From positions 203,418-267,417 of the forward strand of contig CAYWDM010000002.1 in assembly GCA_964457085.1 (NCBI GenBank): 64,000 nucleotides of DNA, read 5' to 3'. Position numbers and translations under genes: made by a program. How positions within the stretch are numbered: the stretch's first letter is position 1; each line of letters starts with the position of its first letter. The notes under the pieces were generated by a model, which searched no databases, was not told the DNA's origin, and saw nothing but the letters and a program-made list of their open reading frames with translations. Positions 20,222 to 29,848 of this stretch are shown here, one piece after another. The DNA comes from an uncultured Pseudomonadales bacterium (GTDB taxonomy: Bacteria; Patescibacteriota; Microgenomatia; UBA1400; PJMF01).

Positions 20222-20740
20222 ATGAGACATCGTATTAAAAACAAAAAATTCAACCGTGATGCTAACCACCGCAAAGCTTTGCTTCGCAACTTGGTGAGAT
20301 CATTGGTCGAAAATGGTGAAGTTACTACCACTGAGATCAAAGCTAAAGAGCTGCGACGCTTGAGTGACAAGTTAATTCACAAAGCACAAACAGATACCAT
20401 TGCGAGTCGTCAATTAATCCACAGATTTTTTGGCAAACGCGATGTGGTCAACACTTTAGTTGATCGAATTGCTCCATTGATGACTGATCGTGTTTCTGGT
20501 TTTACCACTTTGGTGAAAATCGGCAAACGTAAAGGTGACAATAGTCCAGTAATTAAAGTTGCTTTGGTTAAAATGCCAGCAGGCATGGGCTCATTAAAGG
20601 CTCCCAAGGCAGCTGAGGTAGTCGCTTCAAGCACACCAAAAACATCAGTTAAGGCTAAAGTAGCTGTCAAAGCTGCTCCAAAGGCTAAGGTTGAGAAGAA
20701 AGTGGTTGCTAAAAAGGCGAGTAGCGCGAAAGCAAAATAA
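20222..20740 (+). CDS. rplQ: 50S ribosomal protein L17 with Lys/Ala-rich tail
   Basis: MRHR, HRKALLRNL, RKGDNS. Confidence 0.98.
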   Translation: MRHRIKNKKFNRDANHRKALLRNLVRSLVENGEVTTTEIKAKELRRLSDKLIHKAQTDTIASRQLIHRFFGKRDVVNTLVDRIAPLMTDRVSGFTTLVKIGKRKGDNSPVIKVALVKMPAGMGSLKAPKAAEVVASSTPKTSVKAKVAVKAAPKAKVEKKVVAKKASSAKAK

Positions 20741-20746
20741 GTATCT

Positions 20747-21166
20747 ATGCAGCACAAAACCTTCATGCAGCGTACAGAGGATGTTAAGAGAGATTGGCAT
20801 ATTGTTGATGCCACCGATCGAGTTCTTGGTGACGTTGCTTCAGAAATTGCACTTAAGTTAATGGGTAAGGCTAAACCAACCTTTACTCCACATACTGATG
20901 GTGGCGACTTTGTAGTAGTGATTAATGCCGTTAAGGTAGTAGTTACTCGCAACAAGGCAAATACTAAGATTTATTCATGGCACTCTGGTTTTCCAGGTGG
21001 CTTAAAGCAAAAAACATTTGCTGAATTAATTACTTCCGATCCAGGATATGTGTTTGCTCACGCTGTGAGTGGCATGTTACCAAAAAATAAGCTTCGCGAT
21101 GTGCGATTGGCACGTCTCAAGGTCTATCCAGACACTGAGCATCCACATCAAGGTCAAGTCAAGTAA
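20747..21166 (+). CDS. rplM: 50S ribosomal protein L13
   Basis: WHIVDA, KPTFTPHTDGGD, HSGFPGGLK, GMLPKN. Confidence 0.99.
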   Translation: MQHKTFMQRTEDVKRDWHIVDATDRVLGDVASEIALKLMGKAKPTFTPHTDGGDFVVVINAVKVVVTRNKANTKIYSWHSGFPGGLKQKTFAELITSDPGYVFAHAVSGMLPKNKLRDVRLARLKVYPDTEHPHQGQVK

Positions 21167-21181
21167 GAGGAATCAATCGAT

Positions 21182-21697
21182 ATGGCAATTAAAATGTCCA
21201 AAAAAACCACAAAGGTGCAGCGAGTAGTCAAGAAAGCTACCCCTGTAACTGCTGCTGGTCACTCAAAAGCTGCTGTCACTTTGGCCAACTTTAAGATTCC
21301 TAAGAAAGAATATATTGGAGCTGTAGGTCGACGCAAAACTGCTATTTGTCGTGTTCGTATTTACGAAGGACAAGGTGATTTTGTGGTCAACAATATGGTT
21401 GTTGGTGAGTACTTCACTACAGTCCGTAATGCAGTTGCCAAATACAATCTACCATTTGAGCTAACTGGTACTAAGGGAAAGTTTGCAGTCACCGCTAAGG
21501 TAAGTGGTTCAGGTACCGCAGCTCAGCTTGGTGCGTTAACACATGGATTATCAAGAGCTTTAGTGAAGTATAACGGCGAATTCCGTACTTTCCTTAAAGC
21601 AGCAGGATTGTTAACTCGTGATGACCGCATGAAAGAAACTCGTAAAATTGGTATGGGTGGTAAGGCCCGCCGTAAGCGACAATCGCCAAAGCGTTAA
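21182..21697 (+). CDS. rpsI: 30S ribosomal protein S9 with basic N-terminal extension
   Basis: GRRKTAICRV, GLLTRDDRMKE, KARRKRQSPKR. Confidence 0.99.
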   Translation: MAIKMSKKTTKVQRVVKKATPVTAAGHSKAAVTLANFKIPKKEYIGAVGRRKTAICRVRIYEGQGDFVVNNMVVGEYFTTVRNAVAKYNLPFELTGTKGKFAVTAKVSGSGTAAQLGALTHGLSRALVKYNGEFRTFLKAAGLLTRDDRMKETRKIGMGGKARRKRQSPKR

Positions 21698-21720
21698 TCA
21701 GCTTTTGTTATATTGTAATC

Positions 21721-21746
21721 AAATCCCAGCTTCGGCTGGGATTTTT
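21721..21746 (+). terminator. Intrinsic terminator after rpsI
   Basis: AATCCCAGC-TTCG-GCTGGGATT + T-tract. Confidence 0.9.
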
Positions 21747-21810
21747 GGTTTGTGTTAATTCTAGTAAATTTGAGTTGAACTAGTTGACCCCTGTGAGGTG
21801 ATCGACCACA

Positions 21811-23277
21811 ATGTATCAGATGCGTGGTTTTATAAAACAAAATATACATAGATTTAAAACAGCTGCGAAAAAGTATCGTGAGTTTTTAATTGGGTTGTTT
21901 TATTTAGTTGTGGTTGCGATCGTGATGTGGCCACAGTTTTTACAAAAAAATCCAGCACTCATAGATGATGGAACTGACTTGCTACAAGTGAGGCAATTGA
22001 GTTATGGACAGTTATTCCAGATCGATTTGTTGGAGCAACAGCGTACTTGGCCTCTGAGACTACAAGTTCGTAAGGTTATGTATGATCTATTCGGAAGTAA
22101 AATAGGTTTGCACTTTTTGGTTTGGGCTGGCATTCTTTGGTCGGTGATTTGGCTCTTTCGTCAAGTTTGCAAAAAGAATGCAGTGCCAGACATAGTAGCT
22201 GTCACTGTTCCTTTGCTGCTGTTGGCTGAACCGAGTATTTACGGCAATTTTTATCGCTTAGGTACTGCTGAGCCGCTGCAAACAGCACTCCTTTTTTTAG
22301 GAATCTTTTTTCTAATGAGCGAGAAAATTACGATTGCTACAGTTTTTTTTGTGGCTAATTTATTTGTAAAAGAAACCTCGATTTTTTACCTATTACCATT
22401 TCTGACTTATTTACTGATTAGCAAAAAAAAATGGCATTTTGTTGTTAGTTTATTATTTTTTTTGGAATTTGCTGCACTATTGGTTTTTAAGCACGAGTTT
22501 GTTTCTGGATACTATACAGCGAGAACATATTTCTCAATGGAGTATCTTGCTAGAGCAATGCATTGGCAAACATGGACTTTCGGCTTATTGCTGATAGTTA
22601 CTACGTTGCTGTTTTTTAGCAATCACTTTAATGTAAAAAGATTTTTCTTGTTATTTTTATACTTGAGTACATTTGCACCTTTTTTTATCTGGAATATGGG
22701 GATACAGGAATATTATCAATTACCAAACCATAGTATTGGAATGGTAATTGTCATCATTCTACTCGCCGACTTTTTGAGAGATGAATTTAAAAAACAGCAT
22801 TTATTACTATTATTATTTATTTTTATGTTCTACGGGTACTATTTAACAAAAGTGTTGATTCCAAACACACTGCTTACAATTAAGTACTGGCAAAGGGAGT
22901 ATGAGATTGGTGGAAATTTAGTTGGATACCTCTTGATTACCGATTTGTCAGAAAAATCAGTTTACAATGCAGTGCGTGATTTTGAGCGTCATGACAAGAT
23001 CTTGTTATTTGTTAATGGGTGGAGAAACAATAAAGCATATATTGTTCCAAGCGGTGATAAATGGACTGCAGCTCAGAGTGATGACTTTATTCGTCAGCAG
23101 TTAGTGGATGAGGCAATAAGTGAATTTTCAAAAAGCACTACTCAGGATAAAATTTTAATCACTGATCAGCCGATTTTCGATTTGGAAAGTACAACAGAGA
23201 GAGTTGCCTTTTGTGGTGATTTTATGAGTAATTTCCAAAGTTGTTGGTATTATGTGTATCTACCAAAATCGAAGTAA
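21811..23277 (+). CDS. Multi-pass membrane protein, probable GT-C glycosyltransferase
   Basis: About 10 hydrophobic segments, DD in the first loop, KET motif. Confidence 0.55.
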   Translation: MYQMRGFIKQNIHRFKTAAKKYREFLIGLFYLVVVAIVMWPQFLQKNPALIDDGTDLLQVRQLSYGQLFQIDLLEQQRTWPLRLQVRKVMYDLFGSKIGLHFLVWAGILWSVIWLFRQVCKKNAVPDIVAVTVPLLLLAEPSIYGNFYRLGTAEPLQTALLFLGIFFLMSEKITIATVFFVANLFVKETSIFYLLPFLTYLLISKKKWHFVVSLLFFLEFAALLVFKHEFVSGYYTARTYFSMEYLARAMHWQTWTFGLLLIVTTLLFFSNHFNVKRFFLLFLYLSTFAPFFIWNMGIQEYYQLPNHSIGMVIVIILLADFLRDEFKKQHLLLLLFIFMFYGYYLTKVLIPNTLLTIKYWQREYEIGGNLVGYLLITDLSEKSVYNAVRDFERHDKILLFVNGWRNNKAYIVPSGDKWTAAQSDDFIRQQLVDEAISEFSKSTTQDKILITDQPIFDLESTTERVAFCGDFMSNFQSCWYYVYLPKSK

Positions 23278-23301
23278 TTTTTAGGATTTACGTCTGAGTA
23301 C

Positions 23302-23328
23302 AAAAAACCCGGTTTTGACCGGGTTTTC
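23302..23328. terminator. Bidirectional terminator between convergent genes
   Basis: AAAAAACCCGG-TTTTGA-CCGGGTTTT. Confidence 0.8.
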
Positions 23329-23348
23329 AAATTCTAACTTTACAACTA

Positions 23349-23624
23349 TTACCAGACTAAGCGTTTGAGTGGCTTTCCAACGCGGAAGTTTACTACACGG
23401 TGGCCCTTAACGACCTGACGTTTGTCTTTAGCTCCAAATGGCTCAACATGCTTGTCTTTTACTTTTCCAACATAAAACGTGCCAAAACTACTGATGACGA
23501 CTTTGTCACCTTTTTTCAAAGCACGACTCACCTCATCAAACATTGCCTCGACAGCGTCGTTGGAAGCTTTCTTGGTCAAATGAGCTTTTTTTGCTACAAC
23601 ATTGATCAATTGGGATTTTGTCAT
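23349..23624 (-). CDS. hup: HU family DNA-binding protein
   Basis: MTKSQLINVVA, GDKVVISSFGTF, FRVGKPLK. Confidence 0.92.
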   Translation of the reverse strand: MTKSQLINVVAKKAHLTKKASNDAVEAMFDEVSRALKKGDKVVISSFGTFYVGKVKDKHVEPFGAKDKRQVVKGHRVVNFRVGKPLKRLVW

Positions 23625-23786
23625 AATACTCCTTTACTAGTTATAAATTGTTACTTTAAGAATTAGATAACAAAGTGAGCTTTTAGTGTAATAGTTTGAT
23701 CTAACAAGTCAATGGGTAATCAATGCAGCAAATGCAGCCTTCTATAGCGATAATTAACTGTTTTGACTATTAGAAAATGTTTGAGT

Positions 23787-24167
23787 TCAGATTACTTTAA
23801 ATTTCCAAAACATCGCGATGCTGGCACCCAAAAAATCATAACCAATATCACGTAGTGTTGCGGTTCTGCCAAGAACAAGTGATTGATGGAACTCATCTGT
23901 AAGTGCATACGCCACAGACAACACTAACGGTAGATAATAAATAGTATGTGCGTGATTATGGTGATTAAGTGTCAACGCTAAACCTCTGAAAATCCAAAAA
24001 TACAGACCAGCATACACAAATATATGTGCACATTTTTTAAACACAAAATTGAAAAATACGTCATTTGGTCCTGGCAGTGCTTTTTGTGAGCTGAACACGT
24101 AAATCATTACCGCCCAGATAATTACTGGAGTGTATGCGATAAAGTATTTCTTGAAATACATGCTCAT
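23787..24167 (-). CDS. VanZ family membrane protein
   Basis: KCAHIFVY, YALTDEFHQSLVLGRTATLRD. Confidence 0.9.
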   Translation of the reverse strand: MSMYFKKYFIAYTPVIIWAVMIYVFSSQKALPGPNDVFFNFVFKKCAHIFVYAGLYFWIFRGLALTLNHHNHAHTIYYLPLVLSVAYALTDEFHQSLVLGRTATLRDIGYDFLGASIAMFWKFKVI

Positions 24168-24187
24168 ATGTAAACCCTAAACCACAT

Positions 24188-25105
24188 TCAGAATAACAAC
24201 TGCTGGGATTTCCAATAGTGCCAAACAATCCAGCCATAATAACTGGCTATTATTAAGCCACCAATTATAACATTTACTGGTGCCCATGGATTCTGTTTTT
24301 TTGAAAAAAAGACTAGTTTTGATCTGGAAAAATATAGTTTATTTGTTGAAGCTGTAGCAACAGCTTGAGTTTGAAGTTGTTGCCTATTCGTTTCGGCTGA
24401 GGGTGAGGCTCTTTTCCCTAGATTAGGAGTTGGTTGCGTTTTAATGATTAGATTGATTCTGTTTGCTAGGTTAGTGGTTGTTTCCGAAACTACGGTTTCA
24501 TTTTTATTGATGAACTGACTGAATTCACTTTGTAAGGATGCAGTCGGAGTCGGTGGCTGTGTGTGGTTTTTTGTTGGTGTGGGTTGTTTCAGGGTAGTGA
24601 CTGTGGCACTAAGTTTTGGGGTTGGTGAAGAAAAAATAGTGGTGGGTTGCGACTGATTTTCTGTCTGTGTTGGGGTATTTAGGTTGGTTGGCGTGGGTGT
24701 AGTTTGTATTGTGATGGTTGGGCTTGCGACTGGTGGGATTATGAAAAAATTAGGACTGGGAGTTTGCCATTCGTAGATGTTCTCTCCAACTAGGGTATAG
24801 CCCAGATCAGTTTTTGCATTTGTATACACAATAGAGCTAATTGGTTCACCAATTTCATTGTAGAGAATTACTCCATCACCAGAGTCATTTAATTTCTTAG
24901 TGACTTCTACCAAAACAGTGCTGTTTGGTGCAAGACTAAAATCACCAAAAGTGTAGAGCAAGCTGGGTTGACTCAACTGATCCCAAAGGGTCCAGCTTTC
25001 TAAACTAAAGCTGGTGACAGCTGGGTTATATAGTTCGATCCATTCAAGGCCATCACTTGGCTTGGGAAAAATCTCGGTAATATATGGCAGTACTGTGGTT
25101 AACAC
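24188..25105 (-). CDS. Lamin-tail-domain protein with Pro/Thr linker and C-terminal membrane anchor
   Basis: ITEIFP...EWIELYNP...LNDSGDGVILY; PT-rich stalk; terminal TM. Confidence 0.8.
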   Translation of the reverse strand: MLTTVLPYITEIFPKPSDGLEWIELYNPAVTSFSLESWTLWDQLSQPSLLYTFGDFSLAPNSTVLVEVTKKLNDSGDGVILYNEIGEPISSIVYTNAKTDLGYTLVGENIYEWQTPSPNFFIIPPVASPTITIQTTPTPTNLNTPTQTENQSQPTTIFSSPTPKLSATVTTLKQPTPTKNHTQPPTPTASLQSEFSQFINKNETVVSETTTNLANRINLIIKTQPTPNLGKRASPSAETNRQQLQTQAVATASTNKLYFSRSKLVFFSKKQNPWAPVNVIIGGLIIASYYGWIVWHYWKSQQLLF

Positions 25106-25250
25106 GATAACAGTATGTTGCTGTTATCTGACACGACACTGTTAATCAAATTAGTTGGGCTCACCTGATTATCAAGTGGCTTTAATTGACCAATAATTTA
25201 TCTTGGTCAAGAGTACCAGTCATGATATACTGGCAACGTTTTAAGGCACT

Positions 25251-25337
25251 GGAAGCGTCGCATAGTGGCCTAGTGCAGCGGGTTGCTAACCCGCGGTATC
25301 GAAAGATGCCTCGTGGGTTCGAATCCCTCCGCTTCCG
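25251..25337 (+). tRNA. tRNA-Ser(GCT)
   Basis: Acceptor GGAAGCG/CGCTTCC + G73; anticodon stem GCGGG/CCCGC with loop TTGCTAA; long variable arm; GGTTCGAATCC; CCA not encoded. Confidence 0.95.
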
Positions 25338-25593
25338 CACCGTTTTTCAATCCTGCGAAGCAGGTATTGGAAGACGGTATGAATTGGATGAGAAAGCAAG
25401 GTACCTCGCCAAGCGAGTACTTTGATATAAGTCATAATCGAGCCTGGAAAGGTAAATCCCTCCGCTTCCGCTGTATATCTAAACTGCCGTTGGCAGCTTA
25501 GATATACAGTTGAGTTAGCTAAGTAATTCTTTGATCCTGCCGGCAAGAGCAGAGCTCCTGCCTAATGCCGCGAAGCGGCCTCCGCTTCCGCAC
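25338..25593 (+). repeat. Two tandem hairpin-rich units, each ending in a copy of the tRNA-Ser(GCT) 3' end
   Basis: AATCCCTCCGCTTCCGC repeated at 25455-25471; CCTCCGCTTCCGCAC at 25579-25593. Confidence 0.85.
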
Positions 25594-25742
25594 TCAATTT
25601 TTTTGTCAAAACATTCCAATTTTGTGTATTTAGACTGTATTTGTTGTGGTTGGTAAACAAAAATACTTGCTTGTAAAACAATGGTACCTTTGTCTGACCA
25701 GATGTTTGACAGACGAACAGAATATGCCCACAATGGGTGTAG

Positions 25743-27044
25743 ATGGAAAAGGCTCGCACAGAAAAGAAATGGTCTTTAGTGGCCAAAATTGTGTTGTCAG
25801 TTACGCTAATTATTTTGGTCTTTGGTGCTGTCGCTGTTTCACTAGTTTCAAAATTGGTCTATGGACAACTGCTGCAACAAAAACAGGAGCAGTTGTCAAA
25901 CTTGACACTCGAGCAAGCACATGAGTCTGAGATCGTACTGTCAAAGACACATGCCATTATTGGACAAATTGCTAAAAATCGAGAGCTAATTGCTTACCTA
26001 ATAAAAAAAGCTCCTGAAGTTCAGAATGGTGAGATCGTGGAATTACTAAATGAATTCAACATTGGCAATTCATTTTCAGCACTATATTTAATTGCAGTGG
26101 ATGGAACGACCATGGTTTCAACTGATCAGAAACTTGTGGGTCAAAATTATGGTTTTCGAGAATATTTCACTCAGGCGATGGAAGGAGAGCCAGGGTTTGA
26201 TGTGGCTGTTGGAGTTACCACAGGTGAATTGGAGTATTACTTGGCGATGCCGGTAGTGTTAAATGATCATGTATTGGCAGTCGTTGCTGGAAAGATGCGA
26301 CCGACTGTTCTGTTGGCGGAAATTAGGCAGAACGATGCAGAAGCATTAATAGAAAGCAGGCCAAAAAAATATTTGGTGGATAAATATGGTGTGGTGATTT
26401 TTACCAGTGAACAAAAAAAACTATTTAGTAGTTTAGGAGAGTTGCCAGTGAATCTACTTGATGAGACTACTAAACGACAGCGGTATGGCAACTCAACAAT
26501 TTCAGCACTAGATTATCAAGTTGAACTAGATGCAGTATTAAGTGGAACAACGCGAAACCAGAGAAAATTCGATGATGTGAAAGATGGCGAGTTTGAGATC
26601 CTGACGCTAGCCAAAGTTAATAATTATCCTATATATGCGTTTTCTGAGATGGATGTGGACAAGACGCTTGCTGCAGTTAAAGCTGTTGTGCTAATGATTA
26701 GCTCAGTTGTGATTGTGGGAGTATTCGTAACTGCATTGATCGTTGCGGGACTCATTGCTGCTTGGCTGAAACCATTGGCAAATATGCGTCAGCTAGCAAC
26801 TAAAATAGCTGAGGGAGATTTTGATAGTAGAATCACTGATTTGTCAGATGACGAGCTTGGTGATTTGGCCAGATCATTTAATAGAATGACCGACTCTTTG
26901 GTCAAAGCCAAGAAGAATGTTGAGCAGCAAGTAGACATTCGTACCTCAGAACTATCAAAACTGAATCAGTTTATGGTAGGTCGAGAATTAAAAATGGTTG
27001 AATTAAAAAAACAATTGAGGGAAGTTGAAGATGAGAAAAACTGA
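25743..27044 (+). CDS. Membrane sensor: Cache domain + HAMP + short coiled coil, no output domain
   Basis: TM; GQNYGFREYF Cache motif; TM; HAMP (DELGDLARSFNRM); ends NQFMVGRELKMVELKK. Confidence 0.85.
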   Translation: MEKARTEKKWSLVAKIVLSVTLIILVFGAVAVSLVSKLVYGQLLQQKQEQLSNLTLEQAHESEIVLSKTHAIIGQIAKNRELIAYLIKKAPEVQNGEIVELLNEFNIGNSFSALYLIAVDGTTMVSTDQKLVGQNYGFREYFTQAMEGEPGFDVAVGVTTGELEYYLAMPVVLNDHVLAVVAGKMRPTVLLAEIRQNDAEALIESRPKKYLVDKYGVVIFTSEQKKLFSSLGELPVNLLDETTKRQRYGNSTISALDYQVELDAVLSGTTRNQRKFDDVKDGEFEILTLAKVNNYPIYAFSEMDVDKTLAAVKAVVLMISSVVIVGVFVTALIVAGLIAAWLKPLANMRQLATKIAEGDFDSRITDLSDDELGDLARSFNRMTDSLVKAKKNVEQQVDIRTSELSKLNQFMVGRELKMVELKKQLREVEDEKN

Positions 27045-29250
27045 AACTGCCATCAAATGGGGTCTGGGAGTTGCACTATTTACACTATTGGTGGGTTATC
27101 TTAATTTACTCGCGTATCAACGAATCAAAGCCGATATTTTGCAGGATTGGGAGTTATTCGCTCAAAATATTGTAAACGGTTTAAATCCAGTAAGCATCGG
27201 TGGCCTGCAAGCGAGTAGCGAGGACTTGGGGTCAGCTGATTATCTGTATATCCAAGATCAGTTGCATAAAATGATGACGGTTGGAGTCATAAAAAATGTG
27301 CGTTGGTTGTACTTGATGAAAGTAGTAAATGGTGATCAAGTAAAATTTACTATAGATTCTGTTCCAGAAAATGATTCCAATCATGCAGTTCCTGGTGAGG
27401 ATTATCTTGATTATCCACAAGCAATTTTAGATGCTCAAGCAACAAAAAAGCGACAATTAGTCGAAAATTATGTTGATGAGTGGGGTAATTTTCTGTCGGT
27501 TTTTGTTCCAGTTATGGATTCAAACAATGAGGTGGTGGGTGTCTTAGGTTTGGATGTTGATGGATCAGCATATCTCGCGGATATTCGTCAAAAAATGATG
27601 TGGCCATTGTTGGTGACAGTGATTGTAGCTGGTCTTTTGATGCTGCTGGCTATTGAATTAAACAGCCAAAAGACCTTACGAGAAAATGCAGCACTCTTCC
27701 ATGCATTGTCTGAAGGGGTGTTGGACGCAATCGTGGCGGTTGATGGTTCGGGACACATAGCATTGTGGAATAAGGCTGCGGAGAAAATGTTTGGCTGGAG
27801 TGATGAAGCGGCAATTGGCCAGCAATTATTCGAACTAATTGCTTCAAAGGATGCCGACAAGGCTATTTGGGAAGAATTGAAGCATTTTTCTCAAGTTAAT
27901 CACGGTATGTTGACGGGCAAAGTTGTGGAGTTAGAGGTTAAACGTAAAAATAAGGATTTGTTTAATGTACAAATCTCTGCATCTACAGTTCAGCTCTGGG
28001 GTACGTGGCATGTAATTGGGATTGTGCACGACATAACGATGAAGGTACAAGAAAATAAAGAACTGCTTTCTAAGAGTCTGGAAATTGAGGATCAACGAAA
28101 AGCAATATTAAATGTGTTGGAAGATGTGAATGAAGAGAAGGATAAAGTAAAGAAACATGCCGAAGAACTCAAAAAGTTCGAGGCTGCTGTACATCTATCA
28201 AATGAAATGATGGTGTTCGTTGATTCGGAGGGAATAGTACTGTGGGGTAATCCAGCAGTTAAAAAAGTTACTGGTTTTACTGCTGCTGAAGCAAGAGGTA
28301 AAAAGGCTGGAGTCTTGTGGGGTAATTTGATGAATGACGAGTGGTATGCACACTTGTGGCATAGAATTAAGGTGGAGAAGAAGATTTTTATTGATACGAT
28401 CACTAACCATCGTAAGAGTGGTGAAAAATTTGTTTCATTACTAACTATTTATCCACTGCTTGATGATCAGGGCGATGTGAAGATTTTTGTGGCTACCCAG
28501 CGTGATGTGACCAGAGAAAAAGAAATTGATCGGATGAAGACTGATTTTATTTCGTTGGCCTCACATCAGTTAAGAACTCCATTGTCGGCAATGAAATGGT
28601 TTTTGGAAATGTTACTTGCGGGTGACATGGGAAAATTGAGTAAAGAACAAAAAGAGGCGGTAACAAATGTGGAAACCTCTAATGAAAGAATGATTTCTTT
28701 GGTAAACGGTTTACTCAACATCTCTCGTATTGAATCTGGTCGAATCATTATTGAACCAGAACCGACTAACATAGCGACTCTGGCAAAATCTATAATAACC
28801 GAATTAACGCCAAAGTTTAAACAAAAACAGCAAACAATACTAATAAGTGCCAGCAGTCGTTTGCCAGAAATCAATCTCGATCCTAGGTTAATACGTCAAG
28901 TATTTATGAATTTGCTTACCAATGCAAATAAATACACTCCTAAAAAAGGTGAGATTACGATATTTATTTCAAAGAAAAATGATGAGGTGGTGGTACAAGT
29001 ATCTGATGATGGCTATGGCATACCAGAGGATGAACAGAACAAGATATTTATGCGGTTTTTCCGTGCTTCTAATGCAGTCAAGCAAGAAACAGATGGCAAT
29101 GGTTTAGGACTTTTCTTGGTCAAGGCAGTTGTGGAGTCATCTGGTGGAAAAATTTGGTTTAAGAGTAAAATAGATTCAGGCACCAGTTTTTGGTTTACTT
29201 TGCCAGTAAAAGGTGTTAAAGCTAAGAAGGGTGAAGTACGATTAAGTTAA
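27031..29250 (+). CDS. Membrane PAS-PAS sensor histidine kinase
   Basis: Two TM; PAS motifs WNKAAEKMFGW and NPAVKKVTGF; H-box SHQLRTPL; N-box NLLTNANKY; G boxes DDGYGI, GNGLGL. Confidence 0.95.
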   Translation: MRKTETAIKWGLGVALFTLLVGYLNLLAYQRIKADILQDWELFAQNIVNGLNPVSIGGLQASSEDLGSADYLYIQDQLHKMMTVGVIKNVRWLYLMKVVNGDQVKFTIDSVPENDSNHAVPGEDYLDYPQAILDAQATKKRQLVENYVDEWGNFLSVFVPVMDSNNEVVGVLGLDVDGSAYLADIRQKMMWPLLVTVIVAGLLMLLAIELNSQKTLRENAALFHALSEGVLDAIVAVDGSGHIALWNKAAEKMFGWSDEAAIGQQLFELIASKDADKAIWEELKHFSQVNHGMLTGKVVELEVKRKNKDLFNVQISASTVQLWGTWHVIGIVHDITMKVQENKELLSKSLEIEDQRKAILNVLEDVNEEKDKVKKHAEELKKFEAAVHLSNEMMVFVDSEGIVLWGNPAVKKVTGFTAAEARGKKAGVLWGNLMNDEWYAHLWHRIKVEKKIFIDTITNHRKSGEKFVSLLTIYPLLDDQGDVKIFVATQRDVTREKEIDRMKTDFISLASHQLRTPLSAMKWFLEMLLAGDMGKLSKEQKEAVTNVETSNERMISLVNGLLNISRIESGRIIIEPEPTNIATLAKSIITELTPKFKQKQQTILISASSRLPEINLDPRLIRQVFMNLLTNANKYTPKKGEITIFISKKNDEVVVQVSDDGYGIPEDEQNKIFMRFFRASNAVKQETDGNGLGLFLVKAVVESSGGKIWFKSKIDSGTSFWFTLPVKGVKAKKGEVRLS

Positions 29251-29274
29251 GGTTGAATAAAATAAAGGTTTTTT

Positions 29275-29679
29275 ATGAGTGATACAAGAAAGTACACTGT
29301 GTTGGTTTTAGAGGATGAGCCGCTATTACTGAGGGCGATTACACTCAAGCTTAAAAAGCTGGATATTGACTCATTGTCCTGTACTACTGGCAAGCAGGCA
29401 TTGGGCTATTTGGAAGATTTGACTGGTACGGATGATTTACCAGATGCGATCTGGCTCGACTATTATCTTACTGATATGAATGGCTTGGAGTTTATTCAAG
29501 AACTGAAGATACATGAAGGTTGGCAGAATATTCCTGTAGTAGTGGTATCAAATTCCGCTAGCGATGAGAAAGCAAAAAACATGTTGGCACTTGGAGTTAA
29601 AAAGTATATTTTAAAGGCCGATTATCGTTTAGAAGAGATTGTCGATATCCTGAAAACAGTGGTTAAGGATAATATATGA
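29275..29679 (+). CDS. Single-domain response regulator
   Basis: VLVLEDE, IWLDYYL, IPVVVVS, YILK. Confidence 0.93.
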   Translation: MSDTRKYTVLVLEDEPLLLRAITLKLKKLDIDSLSCTTGKQALGYLEDLTGTDDLPDAIWLDYYLTDMNGLEFIQELKIHEGWQNIPVVVVSNSASDEKAKNMLALGVKKYILKADYRLEEIVDILKTVVKDNI

Positions 29680-29711
29680 GGAAATTTCTAGTAGTGGAGG
29701 ATGACCCCTAG
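29676..29711 (+). pseudogene. Truncated stub of a second receiver-domain gene
   Basis: ATGA overlap with the upstream stop; reads MRKFLVVEDDP then TAG, matching receiver beta1 + acidic pocket. Confidence 0.55.
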
Positions 29712-29758
29712 CTAATACATATCCCGTTAATTTGTTTTTATAATGAAATGTGATTCTT

Positions 29759-29790
29759 CCCGGGTGTATTCAATACACCCGGGTTTTTTT
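29759..29790 (+). terminator. Intrinsic terminator of two-component locus
   Basis: CCCGGGTGTATT/AATACACCCGGG + T-tract. Confidence 0.85.
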
Positions 29791-29848
29791 ATTCAGGCTT
29801 TTTAGGTAGTGTAGATCTATCTCAAGAACTGTTATATTTCTGTAGCAT

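Noticed and set aside
4217-20955. Many antisense and alternate-frame ORFs over ribosomal protein genes
   Set aside because: Shadows of highly conserved genes, with no motifs or start signals
25338-25593. Possible CRISPR array from the CCTCCGCTTCCGC repeats
   Set aside because: The repeat is the tRNA 3' end and only 13-17 bp; spacers exceed 100 bp and are structured; no cas genes in the window
25186-25924. Short ORFs around the first tRNA
   Set aside because: They overlap the tRNA and its hairpin repeats and have no coding features
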